Positions 9,501-17,600 of a DNA stretch of 64,000 nt are shown here, piece by piece. The position numbers were made by a program, and so were the translations under genes. The notes under the pieces were generated by a model. The model saw only the letters and a program-made list of their open reading frames with translations, was not told the origin of the DNA and made no database searches. This DNA is from Clostridia bacterium (GTDB lineage Bacteria; Bacillota; Clostridia; TANB77; CAG-508), in the NCBI GenBank assembly GCA_017456555.1, contig JAFTJF010000013.1:31329-95328 (forward strand), read 5' to 3'. The first letter of the stretch is position 1. Each line of letters starts with the position of its first letter.

Positions 9501-11606
9501 AATACATTAGTTATTCGTGCAGCTGAACTTGAAGTAGAAAAAGAATTAGACATAAAAGTAAAATTAGAAGTAACAAATATTTCTTCAAGTGAAAAGGTTA
9601 AACCAAAATCAACATTAGAAGCAAAAGATTTCGGAACAGTTTTAACAGCAGAAGCTGATGAAATTGGAGTAGAACAAGCTGAAATCGAAGTGACTCAAAA
9701 CAACAGATTAGACATTGAAACAGAAGCAGATGTTTATGATGTTGGTAAATCAGTAGAATTTAGAATATTTGCTACAAACTTAACTGATGAAGTATTAAAA
9801 AATGTAGTAATAACAGAAGAACTTCCAAAAGAATTAATCTTTAAATCAGCTTCAATAATAGGATATGCTGAAGACGGAATAACATCTGTAGAAGTTGGTC
9901 AAGGAACTTTTGATGAAGAAACAAGAGTTGTAACATGGAATGTTGAAGAAGTTAAATCTAATGTTATGGTTATGTTAAAAGTTGAAACAGCAGATTTAGA
10001 AGAAAATACAACTTATGCTAGTGCAACAACAGTTGTAAAAGCTAAAGCTGATGGAACAGCTACATATGAATCAAATAAATTAACTACAAGAATTGGTAAA
10101 CCAGTTTTAACAGTAACACAAACAACAGAAAATACAGATACATATATAAAAGAAGGAGAAAAAATAAAATACATATTTACTATTAAAAATGAAGGAAAAA
10201 CTGTTGCAAGACATGTTAACCTTACAGAAATAATACCTGAAGGTATTGTTGTAGAAAAAGTAAATTATGTAGTAAATGGAATACCAGTTACAAAAAGAGT
10301 TACATCAAATGAAGAAATTATAATATCAGCAAGTATAGGTGCGGGTTCACAATTAGTTGCTACAGTTAGTGCTGTTGCAGCAGGATTAAATGGTGTTCAA
10401 GAAAGAACAATAACAAATTATGGTACAGTAGAAGCTGATAATATTGAAGAAATTCAATCAAATAGTATAACTCACATTGTAGAACCATCAGACAAAAATG
10501 CAACTGCATATGATGAAACAACTGGTGGAACATCAACAACAACTCATTATGATGGAACAGTATCAAGTACAAAAACAAATATTTCTAAAACATATAGAAT
10601 TTCAGGAACAGCTTGGTTAGATAGCAATGAAAATGGTATGAAAGAAGATGGAGAAGAATTATTACCAAGTGTTTCTGCAAAATTAGTTAATAGTGAATCT
10701 GGTCTTATCATAAAATCAGTTACAACTGATGCAAGAGGAGAATATACTTTCTCTGGAGTAGAAAATGGAAATTACTTAATTGTATTTGACTATGATACAG
10801 TAAAATATACTGTGACTGCATATCGTAAAGATGGAGTAGAAGATAATGTAAACTCTGATGCAGTTACAACAAAACTTGAACAAGGTGGAAAATTAAGAAA
10901 TGGAGCTATTACAGACGTTGTTACAGTAGCAAACGGAAGTGTTTCTGGAGTTAACATTGGTTTTGTATATGCAGACAGATTTGATTTGAAACTTGATAAA
11001 ACAATAACAAAATTAACAGTACAATCTGTAAAAGGAACAAATACAGATAAATATGAAAATGTAGATTTAGCAAAAACTGAAATTGCAGCAAAATACTTAT
11101 CAGGATCAACAGTATATGTTGAATATGAAATGAAAGTTACAAACACAGGTGATGTTGCAGGTTATGCTAAGAAAATTATAGATTACTTACCAGAAGGAAT
11201 GACATTTAATTCTTCATTAGAAGCTAACTCAAGCTGGTATACAGGTAGTGATGGAAATATCTATTCTACAGGTTTAGCAGAAAAAGAATTAGCACCTGGT
11301 GAATCAGCAACAGTTAAATTAGTACTTACAAAACAAATGACTGATGAAAATACGGGTATCGTAAACAACTTAGCTGAAATCTATGAAGATTACAACATCT
11401 ATGGTATTTCAGATTCAAACTCAACACCAGCTAATAAAGCACAAGGTGAAGACGATATAGATGGAGCAGACATTGTAATCGCAATTAAAACTGGTGAAGT
11501 ATTTATCAATATTTCTGTAATAATAACTTCAATGTTATTAGGAAGTATAGTAGTATTTATAGTTTATAATCATATTAGGATATCAAAAAAGAAAGGGGGT
11601 GTTTAA
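6510..11606 (+). CDS. Giant cell-surface protein (~1,699 aa) with DUF11 repeats, an SdrD-B/CnaB-like domain and a C-terminal membrane anchor
   Basis: signal peptide MLKNKILEKLLAIILIFTLTFANFAFVTEAYA; DUF11-like segments (e.g. SVDKNSVREGEELEVNIIASNVGECKAQDVVVKFEIP); TAWLDSNENGMKEDGEELL...GNYLIVF SdrD-B-like; C-terminal AIKTGEV + TM + KKKGGV. Confidence 0.8.
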   Translation: MLKNKILEKLLAIILIFTLTFANFAFVTEAYASSFAESILGLTSDTGHKNIGFTAYFGTEENDEASVISDVNNEELSIGMSLSVQESGYLKDAKIAIVETEEGSGLNFEIKPQEELGDYVQSIEDNVVTLQQINSSSEDVKIQVPIEYKNESYVNESKLSKEALIAFSGIYVDNEGEEKEVSKKIYLTVNWEDSRTVKVETSAEKYIDFGAGIILQTLVKVDTQVEGNTLPTKESEVVITAPTIGDKAPNNVYVVANSTAGTNGKNVGEVVFTEENWNYNPEENKVTIKVNNEKQLVEVNEFADEYLQEADQEVVEEERYYNGTGVDEYLVTYTYMDSEITEEAQTVNSNIEAKLTTFSGVQRNENINIVTNDDDNKNHEYLLEGKIGDLVSLNIENETEEVSKAYVYANYNNNDKYEVELTSETMVNVSYTEIIETLTVEDVENTYKDKSGNVIENNDLYYKQVSVSKENFVEILGEQGEIKVMDISGTIIAVINNDSEVNEEGRVTIGFENKYPKLSFEMSKPVKEGNIVIKSIKAMSNSSVDKPTFANLESINTKTSIKAKYNYVQDKVEVGVSEITTKLLDTTTKAVLAMDRDSLSTLETNENVELRIELNNASASSDIYGHSVFEIDLPESIESFEITNSSLLYAEGLSITSAEVVDRKIVITIDGMQEGINSGVLTNGTNIVLNANIKVNLYTPAKSETMTLRYTNQEATNYDNGGVNELVINYSAPTGLVVVNSTSNYNSNGSVTASVRQGEKVDLIDIYSDAKVATMEIIVMNNNGNTVSDLAILGRIPFKGNKDIATGDDLGTTKDTKLVGALIADERIQSQFTIYYSENGEATKDLADSSNGWNPAPESFENIKSYLIVPVEENYEMQDTEILRFTYQYEIPANLSHNEKFYGTFLTYYTNNSEVAVTEEQATPDRVGLTTGEGPELSLVMSVDKNSVREGEELEVNIIASNVGECKAQDVVVKFEIPNATKYIETVVEGAEATLEGNTLVIRAAELEVEKELDIKVKLEVTNISSSEKVKPKSTLEAKDFGTVLTAEADEIGVEQAEIEVTQNNRLDIETEADVYDVGKSVEFRIFATNLTDEVLKNVVITEELPKELIFKSASIIGYAEDGITSVEVGQGTFDEETRVVTWNVEEVKSNVMVMLKVETADLEENTTYASATTVVKAKADGTATYESNKLTTRIGKPVLTVTQTTENTDTYIKEGEKIKYIFTIKNEGKTVARHVNLTEIIPEGIVVEKVNYVVNGIPVTKRVTSNEEIIISASIGAGSQLVATVSAVAAGLNGVQERTITNYGTVEADNIEEIQSNSITHIVEPSDKNATAYDETTGGTSTTTHYDGTVSSTKTNISKTYRISGTAWLDSNENGMKEDGEELLPSVSAKLVNSESGLIIKSVTTDARGEYTFSGVENGNYLIVFDYDTVKYTVTAYRKDGVEDNVNSDAVTTKLEQGGKLRNGAITDVVTVANGSVSGVNIGFVYADRFDLKLDKTITKLTVQSVKGTNTDKYENVDLAKTEIAAKYLSGSTVYVEYEMKVTNTGDVAGYAKKIIDYLPEGMTFNSSLEANSSWYTGSDGNIYSTGLAEKELAPGESATVKLVLTKQMTDENTGIVNNLAEIYEDYNIYGISDSNSTPANKAQGEDDIDGADIVIAIKTGEVFINISVIITSMLLGSIVVFIVYNHIRISKKKGGV

Positions 11607-11607
11607 T

Positions 11608-14600
11608 ATGAATATAACTAAAAAGCTATCAATAGTATTTTTAATAGTAATATCAATATTAAGCACAGCCTTTCTATATAGATCAAATGCAACACAAGAA
11701 TATAGTGGAGCATATGGAGATGAAAATAGTGGATTCATCTATTATGAAAGAGAAAGTCATATAATGGGTGAATACAGTAATGAATATGATGGTTTTATAT
11801 TCACTACTTTAAATGAAGATATGAGAGGTAGATTGATTATTGAATCAATCTGCCAACACTCATATGATGGTGGAGATTACATCACACTTCAAGATTTATA
11901 CGATTTTTATGATGTATTATGTTGTCAAAAGGGTACAAAATTGCCTAGTATAAATGAAACATATTTAAAAGGAGAAAATGGAGATACCTTACCTGTATCA
12001 TTCCCTTATTTAAATAAAAATGATGAAGGTATGCTTATCTATAATGATCCTGAACAAGAAGAACCATTTGCATCAAAGAAATATACAAGTTTAACTTTAG
12101 GATTCTATAATCCAGAAGGTGATCCAATTATCGCTGGACCAAAAGAAGCTTATATATTAGCTGAGATGGTTAAAGAATTAGAAGGTGCTGTTTTCTATTA
12201 TGATATAGCAACAGACGAAAATGGAAATAAAATTAAATATGAAGGTTCTTTAGAAGCAGCAGAAAAATTCTATGTTGCAGATGAAGAATTATACATTGTA
12301 GAAAAAGAATATGTTACAACATTACCAGATGGTAGTAACGTTAGAGTTGAAGGTGTAAGTGATGGTAATGGTGGAATTGTTTATAAATATAAAGAAGGAC
12401 ATTATCAAAATCATTACGAAAAATACGAAGGAAAATTAACATGGAGCGATAGTAAATTAGGAAGTGGTGGTACATATCCATCATTCGAATGTACAAATAG
12501 TAGTTCAGATGTTAATACTGGAGTAGTAACAGGAGATGATGTAGTAGCTCCTGGAACACCAATTTATGTAACTGGAAGTAACATCGTAGTTAGAGAGGGA
12601 GATGAATTTTATAGAGCAACAGTAGAAGGAAACAATAGTTATATTCAAATTGCTTGGTGGACTACAGTTTATCCAGAATCTATAGGAAATCACGTTGCAG
12701 ATACAGCATTCTCTCAAGAAGCTGATGCTTTCGAAGCATATATTTTACAAGCTGCAGGCGTTACAGATAGAGATGATTTAAAACATAGAACAGAAACTGT
12801 TATCGATGAAGAAACAGGTGAAGAAAAACAAATTGAAAATGCATTTGATATAACTTATGAACCAGCATGGATTACAGATGGAGAATTTGAAAATCCAACA
12901 ACAGTATTTGAAGATGACAAACAATCTATATTAGTTGGACCATTTTCAATAGATTATATTGAAGCAAGAGCTCAATTTGGTGGTAGACCAGAAGTTGAAT
13001 TCGCTGGAATTACAGGAATGGAACTTTATACTGATGAATCTGATGAACCATTAGAATTTGACGTTGATTGGGAATTAGTATATTTAGATGGAGAAAGAAC
13101 AGAAGAGGAATCTAATGATGAAGAAAATCCATTAATATATCCAAAATCAAATGAAAAATTCTATATTAGATTATATGATACAGAAAATGCAACTCAAATT
13201 ACTAATATAAAAGTTCATTTTAGATATATGAATGCAGCTGGTAGTTGGCAAAAACTTAAAGGTAAATATTTTAAAGCAACATGGACAGAACAAACTAGAT
13301 CATGGGATGTTTATAAACCAGTACCACAATATGATGATGAAGGAAACTTCACTGGATATAAACAAGTATTTGACCATACAGAACATAGATATTGGTTAAA
13401 ATTAACAGACTTAAAAGAACAAGATTCACAAGCATTAGCTCTTGGTATTAAAGGTGCTAAATGGTATAAAACTACTGAATTAAATAGAAAAGTTTCAATT
13501 AACGAAGGTAAAGTAGTAATTGAAAAAGAATTAGTAGATAACGATGGAAATCCAATAAAACCAATAGACGATGATGATAAATTTACTTTTGAAGTAACTG
13601 TTAATGGAGCTATAAACTCTGATTCAGAAAAATTAAAAGTAAAAGCTGGAGATTCAGTTGAATCAAGAGTATATTATTGGATGGATGGAGAAGCAGCTCC
13701 AACATATGAAGTAGAAGAAACTAAAATTCCAGAAGGATATGAATTCGTTTCTATTGAAAATGCAACTGGTACATTAAAACCTCTAGGAAGAGATACTGTT
13801 GTTGTAAAAGCAATAAACAAAGTAAAACCAAATAGTGGTTCAATTAATGTAATTAAAGTAATGGAACAAACAAGTTTACCAGGAACAACATTAGTAGGTA
13901 AAATGTTTGACTTTAATGTAAAAATTAGTGGAACATTTACATATAATGGAGAAAAATTTGAAAATGCTTCAAAAGACGTTCCAATAACAGTTGAAGCAGG
14001 TCAAAATGCAGAAACAGCAATACCTACAACAGTAGGACCTGTTTACTGGTATGGAGATACAGCTCCAACATATGAAGTAACAGAAAATAAAAAAGAGGGA
14101 GCACAATTAATTTCTATTAATCCAGACACAGGAAAATTTGCTGCAAATCAAGATAAACCAATTACAGTAACTGCTATAAACAAACAAGAAGTTGAAAATG
14201 GTTCAATAAGAATTATTAAAACATTAAAAGGATCTAGTGAATTTACAAGAGATTATATTGAATCATTGAAATTTACATTTGAAATTAAAGTAGATGGATA
14301 TGAAAAAGAAACAATTACATTAACAACTCCAACAAAACAAGATGATGAAGGAAACTGGGTATGGGAAGGTGTTTCTAGTGAATATGTATGGTTATACGGA
14401 AATGATCCAGACTATACAATCACAGAGATTGATGTTCCAGCAGGTACAGAATTTAAAGAAGGTTCTGGAGAAAGATATGATGTTGCAACAAGAACTATAT
14501 ATGATTCATTTAAAAATTACAAAAATCAAAATTATGAAGTACAAAACAACATCATAAATGATGTAACAAATCCAAACAATAAGAAAATCAAAATTACTAA

Positions 14601-17600
14601 AAAAGTAGAAGATGCTAATTTAGTAAATAGAGATTATAAATTCTTAGTTGTTGTAAAAGGTGTAGCATTTAGATATACACATACAGATGGAACAGTATAT
14701 AATTGTGATTCTGATCAAATGCTACAAATATATGATGGTGGAGCAATTGTATTAGATGCTAATGCTGATTATGATTACGAAAAATTTATTACAATTAATG
14801 CTACATCAACAGATGGAGTAAATGGTACAGGAACTAAAGAAACAGGAACATTTACATGGTATGGAGATAAAGCTCCAAACTATATTGTAAAAGAAAACTT
14901 ACTAGGTGAAGATATTGCTTCATCAGTAGAACCATCAGAAGGAACTTTAGCTGCTGGTGAAACAGATACAATAGAAATTACAGCATGGAACAGAAGCACA
15001 GGTTCAAAAGGTGGATATATTCATATTATTAAAACATTAAAAGATGCTGAAAAATATTCAACAGAATATATAAGTTCTTTAGTGTTTAAATTTAAAATCG
15101 AGGTTGATGGTTACACAGCTACAACTGTAGCATTAGAACCAAAACTTGTAGATAATACATGGGTTTGGGAATATACTTCTGAAAGATATTCTTGGAAAGC
15201 TGATCAAGAAGCTCCAAACTATACAATTACAGAGGTTGATTTACCAGAAGGAACAGCATTCGAAAGTGCAACAGGTCCAGAAGGATCTACTGTAACAGGA
15301 GAATCTATAACAGGTAAATTAAAAGAAAGTGTTTCTCAAGAAGTATTAATAACAACTGATAATAGCTTTATAAATAAACTTACAGGTCCAAAAACAGATG
15401 AATTAATAATTGAGAAAAAAGTAACTCATGAATCTTTAAATGGAAAAGAATTTAATTTTGATGTAACTTTAAAAGGTACATGTGATTTCACATATACAGA
15501 TTTATCTGGCAACACTGTTAGTGAAAATATTACTAATAGCGAAAAAACAATTACAGTAAAAGTAATTGGTGGTCAAAAATCTGATCCAATAAAAGTTACA
15601 TGGTATGGAGACGTTGCTCCAAATTATGTAGTAACTGAGCAAGATTCAGACATAGCAAAACAAGTTTCAATCCAAAATGGTGCAGGAACATTTAGCTATG
15701 AAGAGGGAACACAAGTTGCCACATTTACTACAGTTGTAAACGAACCAAAATTAGTTGGTGGTCAATTAATTATTACTAAAAATATAGATAATGGATCACA
15801 AGATAAAGAATTCTTATTTGAAGTAAGAATTGGAGATGAAAACACTCCAAGTTATACAGTTTCAATAAAAGCTGGAGAACTTTATAAATCTGATATGTAT
15901 AAATGGTATATCACAGAAGATGCACCAAGATATTGGGTAAGAGAAATCAATCCAAACGATGGTTCAACTTCTAACTTAGGATATGATTGGCAAACAGGTC
16001 AATTAACATATGAAGGAAATGCAACAGTAACAGTAGATTACATAAATACATATGAAGATCATGAAGGAAAATTCAAAATCAAAAAAGTAGTTTTAGATGA
16101 AAAACTAATAGATACATCAAAAGATGCAGAATTTAAAATCATTGCAACAGTTTCAGGAACATATAATATAACTAAAGATGATGGTTCTGTAGTTGGTGTA
16201 AATAATGGTTCAAGATCATTTGATATTACTTTAAAAGGTGGAGAAGTATTTACATCACCAACAATTACTTGGTGGGGAGATGAAGCTCCAACAGTAACAG
16301 TTGATGAATATGAAATACCATTTGGATGGCAAAATATAGGTATATCAAACAATGGTGCATCTCTTTCTGAAGGGGAAGATTTGGAAATCATTGTAACAAA
16401 CGAATTACCAGTATATGTAACTCTTGATTTAACAACAAAATTAGGTGGTTCAGTTTGGGTAGATAAACCTTTAAATCCAGATGACAAAAACACAGAAAAC
16501 TCTGTTGAAAATGGAATCTTTGATAGAGGCGAAAATAGCAATGATTTAGCTAAAGAAGGTGTTGAAGTTTACGTTTATAAAGTTGTTGCTGATGGAAGCG
16601 GAAATGTTCAAGAAAGAACTCTTGCAACAGTATACAAAGATTTAAATAACACAGAAGTTTCACAACCTATAATTACAGATGCTACTGGTAGATGGGATGC
16701 TCCAAGAGTAAAAATTCCAACAGTAACAGATGAACAAAAAGCTAGTGGCTGGAAAGCATCATATGATGTAGAATTCGTATATGATGGTCAAACATATGAA
16801 CCAACAACATTTTTAGCAACATCAGGTGGAGATGTTTCTCAATTCTTGAATGCATCTACAGCTGAAAAAGATAATTTTGCTAACGATTCTATGGCAAAAG
16901 ATGTTCCAGAAATTAGAGCAGCTCTTAATAATAAAGTAGAAACAATTGCTGGAAGTAGTCCAATTGATGGTAATGGTGAAACAGTAGGTACTGCAATAGC
17001 TGCAGACGGTTCTGAATCCAAATTACATTATCAATCAAGAGATATTTCTGGTGATGTTGTAAGAATAGATGGAAGTGCTTCAAAAATTAAATCTGAGTTA
17101 GTAACTACAGATGAAAATGGAATTGCATTAGATTTATTTAAAGCAACAGCTACTACAGGAACTGCAGGATTAACATTCCCATTCTATCGTGATACACAAG
17201 AATGGAATGGTTTCAGACTATATAATCAAAATACTTCAATAACTGAATTAGGAGTTGAACAAAGATATTGGTTTGAAGCAGTATATAATTATTGTTTAAA
17301 TATTAACTTAGGATTAGTTGAAAGACCAGATGCAGACTTAGGTGTAGCTAAAGACTTGTATTCAGCTACAGTAACTGTAAAAGGTGATGGAAATAAAACA
17401 GATTTATATTCATACAGATTTAATTCATTATCAGATATAGGTGCAGATTACTATACAAGACAATTAGAAGATCAAGCAGTAACTGCTGAATATACTTTAG
17501 GTCTATATAGTACAGATTACTATTATAGAGCTGAAATGTATCAAACAAATGAAGCTAATTCTGAAGATATAATATATGACAAAATAATTAATATGGAGAA

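Noticed and set aside
7212-16541. Multiple short antisense ORFs inside the giant adhesin genes (e.g. 7212-7394, 9233-9553, 10790-11146, 16059-16541)
   Set aside because: All antisense to continuous, repeat-supported giant ORFs. Products are low-complexity.
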